DNA of 64,000 bases, taken from the NCBI GenBank assembly GCA_002633005.1, contig NMRA01000022.1, positions 176,056 to 240,055 on the forward strand. The letters run 5' to 3'. The stretch is from Phoronis australis. Its lineage: Eukaryota; Animalia; Phoronida. The stretch's first letter is position 1. Each line of letters starts with the position of its first letter. Below are positions 52,186 through 64,000 of this stretch, one piece after another. Below the pieces are notes generated by a model, which was given only the letters and a program-made list of their open reading frames with translations, did no database searches and was not told where the DNA came from. The translations under genes and the position numbers were made by a program.

Positions 52186-53384
52186 TGTCAGCATTAGGCG
52201 TGCCCTAACCAGCATCTTTAATACACAATGGAGATTTGTAACACTCTGTGCGAATTATTAATTACCAACAAAGTTAACTGCCCCAGAAAATACTGTCATT
52301 AGTTCAAAATAGTGCTGTGTCGAGGAAAACTGATGATACTATGAGCAGTCATATCGACAGGAAACCAATCTCTGCAAATTGGATAAAAATCGCGAGACTT
52401 AAAGAAAAATAGTTATTAGTAACAGTCAGAAAATGAACAGCTTTCAACAATGAGCACTTGAAAGAGACTATCAATACAGGCAGCATACACATAACAGATG
52501 AACAATTTGCCTATCTGAACAACAGCTAATTGATCTGCAAAGAAAATGAGCCAACCATAAAAATCCATTTTTACAATACTGAACCAAAAACTAGATACAC
52601 ACAAACAGGAGCGTTATACATAACACAGCAAACGGATGTCTAGTTAACATTATATGGGGACAGAGCAAAATCAAAAGTCAATCACCTGAACAATTCAAAT
52701 ATCAGTGATTGGCCTATTGGATATTCCCAGCTACACAGACTCTACCTAATCACTCATGACCACAACTGAACTGGGGAATTAAACAAACATTTAGAGCACA
52801 TTATTCCAATAACATAGTCTCCACGACATAGATTTGTTTCATCATTGTATACAATTTGTTCGCTGTAATCACCCAAATTAAAAATGTACTGCCCATTCTT
52901 CGACAGTGACACACCAACCGTCAAGATAAAGCCAACCACAGGTTTGAAAGAAAACACGTATACTTGAATGTAGTCAAGCTCAAAAAGCGAAATTTTGGAC
53001 ATCAAATAATTGATTTCACAGTCATTAAGGAATTGTATTTCAACCAAGATTGGCACCAAAACCAATGTAAGATAAAATACGAATGAAGTGGTTCACTACG
53101 CCAAAAGTAACACCTGTCCCCCCTATTCCAATCAAATCAGTGTAACCTTGCCTTACTTCATGTGACGACGACATTCTTAAACTTGTCATTGCGTGAAACA
53201 GAATGTCCCAAGGCAATAATAATACGATGCCCTATGTAAGTTTAAACAACGATATTCTGACATCTCTGCAGTCCATAAATACAAGTCATATTAACGGTGA
53301 GACCTCTAAATCGTGAGCTGCATTATTTACAAAGACGTTGCTAGGTGCCTCCGAGCCCGCCATGGGGGGTCTCTAAATGGTCCA

Positions 53385-53564
53385 CTATGCTGTGCCCTGG
53401 GCTTGCTTACGTAAGAACTCTTTCAGCTCATGGGGCTTGAGACCTTGGTCGATGCCTGGTTTGGGTGTCGACTTGAACATACTGGTGGTGTATCCGTTAG
53501 TGTAGAGGAAGATACGCTTTGTCGCTTCAAAAGACATGAACATAATGCCAGCATAGGGCATGAC
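53385..53564 (-). CDS. SLC25A43: SLC25A43 terminal coding exon
   Basis: Encodes VMPYAGIMFMSFEATKRIFLYTNGYTTSMFKSTPKPGIDQGLKPHELKEFLRKQAQGTA*. The KR..LY.NGY...PG.DQ.L.P.EL tail is characteristic of SLC25A43. Total CDS 1005 nt. Confidence 0.9.
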   Translation of the reverse strand, partial: VMPYAGIMFMSFEATKRIFLYTNGYTTSMFKSTPKPGIDQGLKPHELKEFLRKQAQGTA

Positions 53565-55667
53565 CTGAAACAAAAAAATACCAACCCTAATGACCTGGGG
53601 TAGAGACTCTGATCTTCGGTGATAACAGAAAACACGGAATTGGTTGATTAGAATGGAATTCACTTATTCCAGTAGTAGATTCCATAATTTCAATATTTCA
53701 AATTCATAATTACCAGAAATTAGGAAACTATTACATCAAATTCATTACCAAAGAAAGATTCTGGCCTCAAATCGATCAACGATCAACGATCGATTTGCAG
53801 CGTGTTTATATTGTTCATTCTGAAAGTGGAGCGGTTCTTTATCCAGTTTTGAGAAACAATAAACATTGTGTGCAGCAAGGTTTCGGTACAGTGGAGCCCC
53901 ACCATAGATAAAGGCAGTTCACAAATTACTTTTATGTTATCATTTACTGTGCAATAATAAAATATGTAAATTTACACAACAGGAAAAAATTAACTTTATG
54001 TTTGCTAAAATGGATTTCTCTGCTTTTGTAAACGAAAAAATAGGGTCTCTTCAAGGGCGCTTTCACAAAGTTAACCGTAATTAAACAGCTAGTGAGATCT
54101 CATGAAGACATGAGCGATATGGTCAAACAATTTAAGGTGCTATAAATACATCTTCTGTCAAAAAACACATGATTTGGACCACTTGCTGCTCAAGAGCTCA
54201 ACTCAACTTGTTCATTGCTAAGACTACAGTGCTCGATTTGTTAACATGCAGGTCGCATTCGTACCCTCAGACTGTGTTTGGCGACCTGGGAAAAATATTA
54301 AGTCTCCACGAAGTCGCCACACCTAGTATCAAAGTGAGACAACAATTACCACGAAATTCCTTTCAAAGTTTGTGTTGACTTCCAAACTTTAACAATTTTC
54401 ATAGATTTATCACCTTTGGTTCAAAATTGTTTTGCTCATTTCGTGAAATCAGTACATTTGCCACCACAGCAGTCAGCACATATCAAACACGCGCTTAAAT
54501 TAGAACAGAAAGTAAACACACGGAAGTCAGAATTGTTCGGCAAAAATCAGGCAAGATCGACAATGAAACACGCGCCACCATTATATGTGATCGTCTACGT
54601 TCCATGTTGTTCATTGGTGGGGGAACGGAGTTACATAATGAAGGTACATTAACGAGAGGAGAAATTTGAAGAGGTATGCGCAAGATACTGAGTATGGAGT
54701 ACGGTACTTTTTTTAGTCAACGATTTCGATGCCAGATTTGGAAACCTCAGAATTCATTTGGTGACATACCGTTTTCAGTTTTGGTGACCTCAGATTTTGT
54801 TTGGTGATCTGGGATTATAGCTATAGTCGCAAAACGCCCCAAATGCGACTTGGGATTAACCTAAGCGTTGAGCGCTGGACTAGATGCGACTTCTTGGCTT
54901 TGGAAAAGTTGTGTTATTGCTGGAGACTAAGCTCCACAGGTTTGCTCGACACAGTTGGTCACTTAGTGCAAGAACGAATATTCCAATTCTTCACAAAACC
55001 AAGAAATCATTTCCTGTATGAGCAAGGAATAAGTAGCGATCAGTTTTATACAGCTAAGTGATATCAATCAGACAGGCTTACGGCACTCTTAAGATAAAAA
55101 CTTAGGTTAGGCCATTATGAGCCCAAGGACCCAAAGTGAGTGAACCCAAAAATTCAAGGTGTTGCAAGTGAAGCAAGGGACCTTCTCATAGAGATACGTA
55201 CTTTCAGGTAAATCACCCGAGTCCCTTATCATATGAATGACGAAATGCTGTCTGATCTCAAACGACTCAGATGTTAAAAATGGGACCTTTATTGATTAGC
55301 ACCGATGAATATCACGTGGCCCATTATGCGGCACCTCATAAAAGTTTTCAGAATCAAAGCGCTACTCCAAACGTCCATTCCTGTTCCACACGACTTCCCA
55401 AAAGAGAGGATGGTCATTAAAGTAAGCACGCTCATGCTTTGTACTACTCACCACCCCATTAGTATGCATCAATGCATCATTAAAAGTTGTGTCTTACTTG
55501 AGTGAGTAACAAACAAGGAAAGACCACTTTTAAAGCCGCAAAAGGTCCAATTCCAAAATAAGTTTATTTTGGAAAAGGGCGGAATTGTGGCAGCTTTAAT
55601 CTTCACCCAACTATCTCCCCACTCTTACTCGTGCCACACCACTGCCCCACCATTGTCACTGACGCAC

Positions 55668-55802
55668 CTTCACCAGGTTTGCGGTTGTCCCTTTCCACAG
55701 GCCAACAATCCCATGATGCTTCACTGTCTGCACGAAGCCGTCAATCATTCCAGTGAACTCCACATCCACGCCACCGCCACCAGCGATGTGCTTGCTCTGA
55801 GC
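55668..55802 (-). CDS. SLC25A43: SLC25A43 coding exon 3
   Basis: 135 nt, cag/gtgcgt. Encodes AQSKHIAGGGGVDVEFTGMIDGFVQTVKHHGIVGLWKGTTANLVK. Confidence 0.9.
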
Positions 55803-57343
55803 CTGAAACACAAACACATATTCACTGAGACCAATGATGAAAGGAATTGGGAACAACAGAAACCAAACAGGGAGAAATAAAATACCCAGAGAATGAGATG
55901 ACACTCAACTAAAAAAATAACAAAACATGACGTACATAATTGGACAATTCATGCCATGCAGCTTGTCCAGTTTCACCCAAGTGTTAAGTATTACTAGAAA
56001 TTGCATCTGTTCAGCGTCATTCTCGGAAAAGAACAGACTGAATGAGACCATAAAGTTATCATTCAGACACTGACATATGACAAGGGATTTGCAGGGTATC
56101 TTGAATAAGCAATGGATAAAACCTACGTTTGGGCCACAGAAACAACTCCTTGGTTTCACTTACAAAAGAAGATATATTTTCAACATCAAGAGGTTCTTCA
56201 TTATAAGCTGTATTCCTTACAAGGTAACTACTGAAAATTAATGGCTCTCGATCATGCAACAGTTGAGTTCACAGTTTCGACCACCAACCTGAATACATAA
56301 ATAGATTGAGTAAAGAAATCGAATTACATGCCTTTCCCATGTAAATGGACAGAAGAGTAAAAGCTGTTTACACCTATTTTTAAAGGATATCGACTAGTGT
56401 TAAAGGGTTCTTGTTACACAATTCTAAAAATATTCAACATTATCACAAACTCATTTGTCTTCTCGAGAACAATCTATGCCCAATGTTGGAGCACAGTCAT
56501 TAAAGTGTCGATGATTTTAACATCATTCCTGTAATGTGTAAGGCCAGCCAAATTTTGACAAAGTTCACTCCAGGGTCAGTATTCAGACCGTTAGCCCTCT
56601 ATACAAAGAAAACGCAAGTCTTTAAATTTTGCCTCAATTCCATTGCAATTGTAAATTATTGCTATTGGCAAAAACATCCGCATCAGCTAACCAGTGAGGC
56701 CGAGATCGGGAGATAAAAACTAACTTAATGAACAATCTCTAATTTTCTGTGTCTAAGAAGTCACGCAATGTTCGCTGACTGATGGCATGAACACATTATC
56801 AAGTGATGTTTTGACCATTTACACGATTTTTAAGAGAAATCCGCATTTCTTTGTCAGGTCCCCACAAAGCACAATGCAAAAATTGGCTTGTTTACCACTA
56901 TCAAGAAAACATGTTTACAGTCTAGTTCTCTATAGTTAGAGCACAGATGCTCAACTCAAAACTTTGGACTCGTGCACATACCGACAGCCATCTAGTCACT
57001 TCATTGTAATTTCTGGGGGCCCATTTTATCAAAAGTCCCAAGTCTGATCTTACCTTAAGATGATTTTTAACTTCAATTTTAATACTTCAACAAATGTAGG
57101 TTAATACAGTGGTTGTCAAGTCTGAATATCAAAACTCATCAACTTCATGCCAATTGCAACATTTCGCCCACATTAAGAAACGCAGCTTCGAATTCACAAT
57201 AACATGGGTACGATCGTATTGGTTATGACCATTGGGCACACGACCTTTGATAAAACAGGCCCCTCGCAGCACTCAGAATTGTCAAGGCAAGTAGAGATCT
57301 AGTTAATTTTACATTAAGTTCCAGGCACAGCCATGGTACAAAC

Positions 57344-57516
57344 CTGCAACTTCTTGCGAACTGTGTCGAATGGGAAAGAAATGGTTTGCGCAAACGCCCC
57401 GGCCAGACATCCATCGATGAAGTTCTGCAGAGGGGTCAGCTGGGATTTAGGCTTGCCCCACATGCCTTCTAAAATTTCGTATGCCATGAAGGTGGCGCCG
57501 CCGAAGGGAATCACAC
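57344..57516 (-). CDS. SLC25A43: SLC25A43 coding exon 2
   Basis: 173 nt, tag/gtttgt. Encodes VIPFGGATFMAYE...AQTISFPFDTVRKKLQ (third carrier signature). Confidence 0.9.
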
Positions 57517-57822
57517 CTACACAAGGAAACAGACTATGCGTCAAATGAACCTTTTCAATGCACTGTAACACAATGCAAAAATTCCTGAAGTCACCAAGCA
57601 AAATTGACAAAACAATGAACATTTTGTTGCTTACAATAACCTGTGTTAAATGTGAACCCTCATGCTTAAGTTGTATTTTTATGATTTCATGTTACGCAAT
57701 GATTGGCCAATTTTTCGAATCACACCGTCACAATTGTTTTCATGACTGAAAATGCTTTAACAGAGCTAATTCCTGTAGTCATTAACATGGTCACAAAAAT
57801 CAGTAGAAGAATATCAATGAGG

Positions 57823-58293
57823 CAGGGCTCGATTTAGCCATGGGAGCTTATTTTGATCTGTTAAAATATAGCTCTAGTATACACTACTTAAGTAAAGAAG
57901 GCAATACTAGATCTATGCCATTACACAGAAATACAGATGCGCCAGAAGTCTGGTGAGCTTTGCAATTTCGTCACTATGTGATGTGCGTTTCAACCTACTG
58001 CTCCGTCCATGTTTGCGATCTCACAATTAAATGATGCATGTGATTGTTAGACCTTAGATGTGGGCGAGACAATGAATGACTGCGGTCAAAGGAAAAGCAA
58101 CAGCAAATCACAGCAATCGGCATAAACATTAGACTACTAAGTGGTGAGATTGTGACCTTGCCAGACCTCCAACTTCCAGTGCACCTGTTTCACTGTATAA
58201 TGGTGTATGCAGCACAATGCAGTTCCACATCCACTGTTAATGTATTAAAAAATCAGGTAGATCTAAATAAGCTCCCATGTATTTAGCAACCTA
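57823..58293. mobile_element. MITE in SLC25A43 intron
   Basis: Perfect 15-bp inverted match catgggagcttattt / aaataagctcccatg near the ends. Confidence 0.55.
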
Positions 58294-58495
58294 CAGGTTA
58301 CCTCAGGTATCGCTGTCAACCTGGTAAAAATTACAGAACGTCACAAAGTCGCTACGACACATCCGTACTAGGAATTTTGCACGGTTGCATTTGGCAAGTT
58401 GATGTTATACCTTGATATACCGATTCAAATATTTTTATTTTTTACTGCAAAGACTACTACTGGCAACAAGTTGATCCATAACTACTTTTCCTCAC

Positions 58496-59012
58496 CTAAA
58501 ATAGATGTCCACATTCCCTTGTACAGTGCTACGACACCCTCTTCTTTAGTGATCGTAACAAATGCGTGTCCAATGCCTTTATATTTCGCCTGAGACTTGT
58601 CTGTGTGCTGTGCTGTTATACGAGTTTTGACCATATCCATGGGATACGTCAAAATCACTGCAATGACGCCACCAAATGCTCCAGCAAATGCTGACTTCGG
58701 TGGACTGATCTTGCCGTTGTTATCCATCAGGGCAACTTTGGTTTTTTCGTAAACCGCAAACTGAGTGGCGTAGTAGGGAAATCCTCTGAGACAAGCAATG
58801 AGGTTTCCTTTCCAAAATGCTCGGATACCCTCATTTTTGTATTGATTAACAAATGTCCCAATCATACCAGTACCTCTTGTGTCTGCTGTGCCAACCTGCT
58901 GTAAAGTTTTTACAACATCAAGCGGGGAGCAGACCGTGCGGCAAATGACGCCAGCATTTCCGCCGCATATGAAATTTTGTTCGAAGGTTAGCCTGTTGTC
59001 TTTGGGCGGCAT
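58496..59012 (-). CDS. SLC25A43: mitochondrial carrier SLC25A43, coding exon 1
   Basis: MPPKDNRLTFEQNFICGG...PLDVVK...PMDMVKTR carries Px[DE]xx[KR] carrier signatures. The N-terminal D.RLT..Q is typical of SLC25A43. gtgag donor, 517 nt. Confidence 0.9.
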
Positions 59013-61509
59013 GGTTCAAGTGTTAGTCTGATGAACGGCTTATCAAATTATTACCCAGAAAATTCTGTAGAGAAAGGTCTCTCCAGATAAATATCGAAGT
59101 TTTATTCCCGTTTCAACCTTCGCAGCAGTAACCGGCGGGAACTCATGCGCTGACGGAAACCAAGATGGCGACCTCCACGTAAAGGTTCCATGAAGAAGTC
59201 GGAGGGGGGTCAAAGTGAAATATTTTTTGTATTCAATTTGAAGCTATTTTCAAAATTCAAAATTACTAGTACAGTACAAAATTTAAACTATTCCTTAATC
59301 AAAATTGCTATGGTACGTATTAAAATTTCAACAAGATGAATGTTTTATTATACGTCTTATTTTTTACAAAAGCAAATCGCATCCCCTAGAATCGTTCGAT
59401 CTATGCCTTGTTCTTTAGCGCCACCAAGTGTTTGAATGAGTCTTTTAAACTCCCATATCGTGATGAAGTTCAGTCGTCAAGCCGTACTAACCTATTGTAA
59501 CTCGACTAGCACATAGTTGCCAAAGGGCTTTCATTTCTTAGAGTGAAAGTGATGTTTAACAACGTATTCAGAGTGCAAATTAAAAAAAACCTGTTATGAA
59601 GTCAGATAAAGCCAACGGTCGGTCGGACTACCCGTGTTTATAGGCCAACTGAGGCCTACACGCCTTATATAGTCGACTAGGAGACCAGCTTTTCTATCTG
59701 TTCGTCAATCATGCCTGTGTCAGCTTAAACTACTGTAGGCCTGCGTTTTTCTCATATTGATGAACCAGGGGCCAGGGCAGAGTATTGTAATTCTGCGTTT
59801 TTATCTTATTCTTATTGCTGTTGACCCTTTTTATATGTCTTCTAATTTCTAAATCCACAGTCGGTAAGTACACAATCTTTGATATTTCACCCAAGCCCTT
59901 ACATAAAATCTGGAATATTTCATACTCAAAACATGCACTGGAAGAGGTCAAAATTGTAAAAAGGTCATTTAATTTTGAAAATGTTGTTTTAAGGTACCGC
60001 CGGGGTATGACAAATTCAGTGCACACATCCGGTCATAAGCCAATAATTAAGGTGACAATTAGAACGGCATGACTTTTCTGAATCCAAGCAGATTTTAAAG
60101 GTTAAAAATAAGTGATTTTTTGTGCTGGAGAATTCATATTTAGACGCATGATCAGTATACGTAAATAAATTCCAACCAATCCCAGACTCTGAGGCCCCCG
60201 CATTCGGTGAGCTTCAGTTATCAGGTCATTAGGAGCATATGATATCCCGCCAATGTTCCGGAAAGGATCAATTGGTGCAAAGGTTGTCAAAGTTTCAAAA
60301 TGTCATATCTCCTACAGTTTCGAAGATTTGCTTTTCTATAGAGAGCATTCGTGTAAGACATCATCGGTGATTCTCGGATAGCAGGACAATTTCAGATTAA
60401 GAAAGATGCAAATTAAAATAAAGTTTTAAAGTTTCACTAGTGTTTTACTTAATGTATTTCATCCTCAACATCAGACACACCTTAGATTAACAGCGGCTCC
60501 ATTTCAAAATGAGTACAATCGATGATACCTTTACTAAGTGAGGAGTCACATGTTCTTTGTGATGGCAGGTACGTTAACTAAAATTGTATCTAAGTCCAAA
60601 TTTCCATCTCATAACTAAGCAACTAACTGCCTCCCTGACTTGAATTCCCCTTTGACACAAATGTCGCACGACACAGTACAATAGCTCCTAATCATATAAA
60701 TTCTAGTCATTTAAGCTGTGTAGATATACATTCGGAGAAAACGTACGAAGCTCTTTCGCGCGATTTGATTTTTTACTACTAAGGCAATTCAAGTGACGAA
60801 ATTTTTGTTGATAAAGAACTTTAAACATTCATAAATATATAAACGAAAATTTTTCAATTCATTACCTGACCATGGTATATCTGGAAAACATTTGATGAAG
60901 GCAATTGCTTTTAACTTACCTGAAATTATTCACGGGTTATTGAAATATTACAATGTTAGAAAGAGAACGTGTTTTGAACATCTAGCCTGTTCATAACCAT
61001 GTACATGTGACACCCGTTCCTTACACAGTTACTTACTAAACCAAAAAAAAAAAAAAATTGTGCGCAGTTACCCTCTGAAAGGGTGAACGGGTGCATGTGA
61101 ACATGTTATTTAACAAACGTTAGTATCATTGTTAGCAAGCGTTTAAAGTACCTGACCGTGTTCGTTTTTTCGACGTTGACACGTAGTACTGATAACTATT
61201 AATGATTTCGACAAGTACTGTAACGTTACAGCTAAAATTACAATAACTTGTTTGTCAGAATATTGCAATACTTAAATTTGATTAACTATCGTCTTATTGG
61301 CTACTAACTTGCTTATTAACGTACTTGACACTCAAAAGCGCAAAATATAAAACATAGTTAAAGGTACTGTACATAAACAATAATAGGCTTATAGTTAACA
61401 CAAATGTATGTATGGACAGCTACTACTCTATCTGAGTTGGCCCACTAGTGAACAATGCAGTCACGTTATAAAATGGCATTTTCCGTCCACCAGAGGTATC
61501 TTGAGCTTA

Positions 61510-61800
61510 CGTATCTCATCAATGGAGACATAGATCGTAGAGGAGCTCCATTCCGGTTAAATTCGTGTGGATCTTTGGTAGGCCGTACAGTACTTGGGCA
61601 CTTCGCGGTACGCAGGGTATATAGTCTGTCGTAGCCTAAAGGTCTCTAGTTATGGGGTCTTTGCGTTGCCACTCTCTCAGAACGCTGATGAATTTATACC
61701 TATTCTAGAACTTGGATGCAGGGTTGGACGTACTTCATAGGGGTTGGATAGCATTGCGGTCATTAAGCAGAGCAAGTATTTTCGACTTCATAGTGTCAAG
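61510..61800 (-). mobile_element. degenerate Penelope-like retroelement reverse-transcriptase fragment
   Basis: Frameshifted translation gives MKSKILALLND...KFISVLREWQRK...VPK-LYGLPKIH...APLRS, matching the PLE RT motif P..YGLPKIHK...PLRPIVS. Confidence 0.75.
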
Positions 61801-61944
61801 TTAATGTCTTTGTGGTGTTTGTTGACTAGTTTTACTACCAAGATAATACATCTCCACTGTGCCTCACCAGCGCCATAGAAAGAAATACTAATGTCGCCCC
61901 CAATTATATGTTTACGATGGGTCTGATTGATGCATACAGAGTTT

Positions 61945-62428
61945 TAGTTCCCGTTGATCCCAACTTGTTCGATTCTATAGCCCAAAAACATGTTGGGAAG
62001 ATGACCCCTGTAGCCAATCTGATCAACTCCATTCTGGCATTTATGATTAGAGGGCTAGCTCTCTTTTGTTCGATGATTGCTTAATCTCCAATAAGATCGT
62101 ATCTAGCCCTGACTGGGCTGTGCTGTTAAAGATAAAAGTTAAATTATAATATATTTGAACATAAACCAAAGCATTTCTGAATTCCTAGTCAAATGCTGAT
62201 CATATTTAGTTTTTGAATCGCCAAAATCGTCCAACTACAACCGAAGTAACGACAATCTATTCTTTCCGAACATGCCAATTCGCTTTGGGTTTGACTCTGT
62301 TCACAGGTGGTAGATAATTGGCCTGCCTGTTGTCGTAACAGACAAAAGACTGTGCTTGGCAGTTTACAAAGAAGCTGGGTGTTGTCACACGCTAAAAACT
62401 GGTAAAGTCACTGAACGGGAAAACGCCG
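61945..62428. repeat. interspersed repeat, copy 2 (inverted relative to 480-1005)
   Basis: See copy 1 alignment. Confidence 0.85.
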
Positions 62429-63499
62429 TAAACCGAGAACAACAGCAGCCTGAGGCGATTTGACCGCTACAGCTGGCTAGGTGTCTTTGATCTAAACCGG
62501 TAGATTCTGTGGTGCGCAAACCGGTCGTGTTGTCCAATCTCGACCTGTTAGGTGTCAACGTAGGATTCTTATCATGTTAGTGTAACGCAGTCTTTTTCTG
62601 TTGTCCAGTGCTACACTCAATGGGATAATAGCTCATTGGCTACACCACAGAATTCAGTAGCAGGTTCGGCGAATACAGGGTTGCAGGACTGCTGAAAGGC
62701 AGCAGCCAGGACGCCGGACGCATGCCGAATGCTGTCGGTGGCAGAGTAAAAAGCACTGAGCAAGATGCCAGCACCCCGGCCGCACAGCGCATGCCAATTG
62801 CCAATACCCTCACCGGTCGACCGATTGTGTTGTTGACTTTAGAAGCTGATGCTCTCTCCAAAGAAATAAGTACTGCATGTAGAGAACAACATAGCATTCT
62901 TTGAATTCTTGGTAGTTGAATAGTTCGTGAAAAGTACACGTGATTAGGTTTTTCAATATTGAAAAATCGGACAAACACTAGAAAGCAACTCAACCAGCGG
63001 GGTGGGCGAGCAACATATAATTGCGAAAAAGTGTCATTGTATAATTCTGGGCATGCCTGCGGTGTCTCCTAGGGTTGTAGGGTAGCAGGGCGGCCAGCAG
63101 TCTACACACCGATGAAGCAGCAACAGCAAGCCGGTATAAAAAACATTAGGTTTTGACCTCGCCGTGGGAAAATGATCCGGGCCCGGCAGTGAGACAATGT
63201 TGGTCAATTAATTTCGTCCACCACCGCTGTTAAAAACCCTTCAGCCTGTTGAGAATATGTCTGTGGAAGTAATTTTTCAACGGTTTTGTTGATAGCTGAC
63301 GGACATTCGCATTGTGTGGTTTCTTTGGTTTAGTTAGCACCCGGTCGCGGATTAGAACACCATAATTACTGGGGCGCTAGGCTGCGCTCAAGTTAGGGCC
63401 CTCTCTTTCAAAGTACCGGAACATTGCCACTAACTTCTTATACAAGGACGAGCCCTTAAAAAGAGTCATTTTTCCAAGAGTTTCAAACCTAATGTTACA

Positions 63500-64000
63500 T
63501 AAGCACCATTTGATGGTTGGGCGGATTTCATCACTACAGCGCCTCCTAGTAGCCACCTTTAGTTGAGCAAGAGGGTTTTCTGATGATAACTAAAGATCCG
63601 ATTGACGGATTTCAATGAAACTTCACACATGAGGTCAAGGCACTGATTCCATTAAATATTCCCAGGATTTTACCTCTGTAGCGCCTCCTAGTGTCTATTT
63701 TGTTCTTCGGTGGGGCTTATCAGTTAAGTGTTGTTTGGTGAAAAAGCTTTTCAGGATATCTAGAGAACAGACTGGTGAACTGGCGATGAAACTTGACGCA
63801 GAGGTATATCATGTCAATGTGCGGGCACCATTTGACTTTCGGGTGGATTCAACCACTGCAGCACCTCCTAATGGCCGCTTTGAGGATGAGCGTTTCATAA
63901 TTTAATACAGCTTGGCATAGCCAGCACCATTACATTTTCAGGCGGATTCAACCACTGCAGCATCTCCTAGTGGCCATTTTGTTTTTGGCAAAATGCTTTT
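63500..64000. repeat. Helitron/Helentron-like non-autonomous repeat with reiterated gcgcctcctagtgg motif
   Basis: Four copies of (ac)cactgcagc(g/a)cctcctagtggcc plus gatttcaatgaaacttcacaca-type units. Runs off the window end. The family assignment is tentative. Confidence 0.45.

Noticed and set aside
62609-62993. GC-richer segment with a good acceptor (ttgtccag) and ORFs on both strands
   Set aside because: All three frames from the acceptor stop early, and no protein family is recognisable.

Overview
AT-rich eukaryotic genomic DNA, inferred to be from a bilaterian invertebrate. It has three intron-containing genes: GTF3C6/TFIIIC35 on the + strand (exons 2770-2850, 3831-3933, 5305-6128; first coding exon not found); a complete 8-exon G-protein alpha-i (GNAI) gene on the - strand (50324 to 9629, 354 aa); and a 4-coding-exon mitochondrial carrier SLC25A43 on the - strand (59012 to 53385, 334 aa). 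Introns are full of MITEs, foldback palindromes, minisatellites and Penelope-like retroelement relics. There is an assembly gap (21218-21898) and a probable haplotype-derived false duplication (41191-44824). Main candidates for follow-up: a frame-preserving 3-nt microexon (ACG, Thr) with neural-microexon hallmarks in G-alpha-i intron 3; a near-perfect ~350-bp palindrome with a Penelope-type hammerhead ribozyme on each strand; a decayed ubiquitin-specific-protease fragment between short inverted repeats; a CAC...GTG foldback element with a 5-bp TSD (Transib/RAG-like signature); and a second 3-nt microexon candidate on the + strand near the SLC25A43 5' end. No prokaryotic system or CRISPR array was found.
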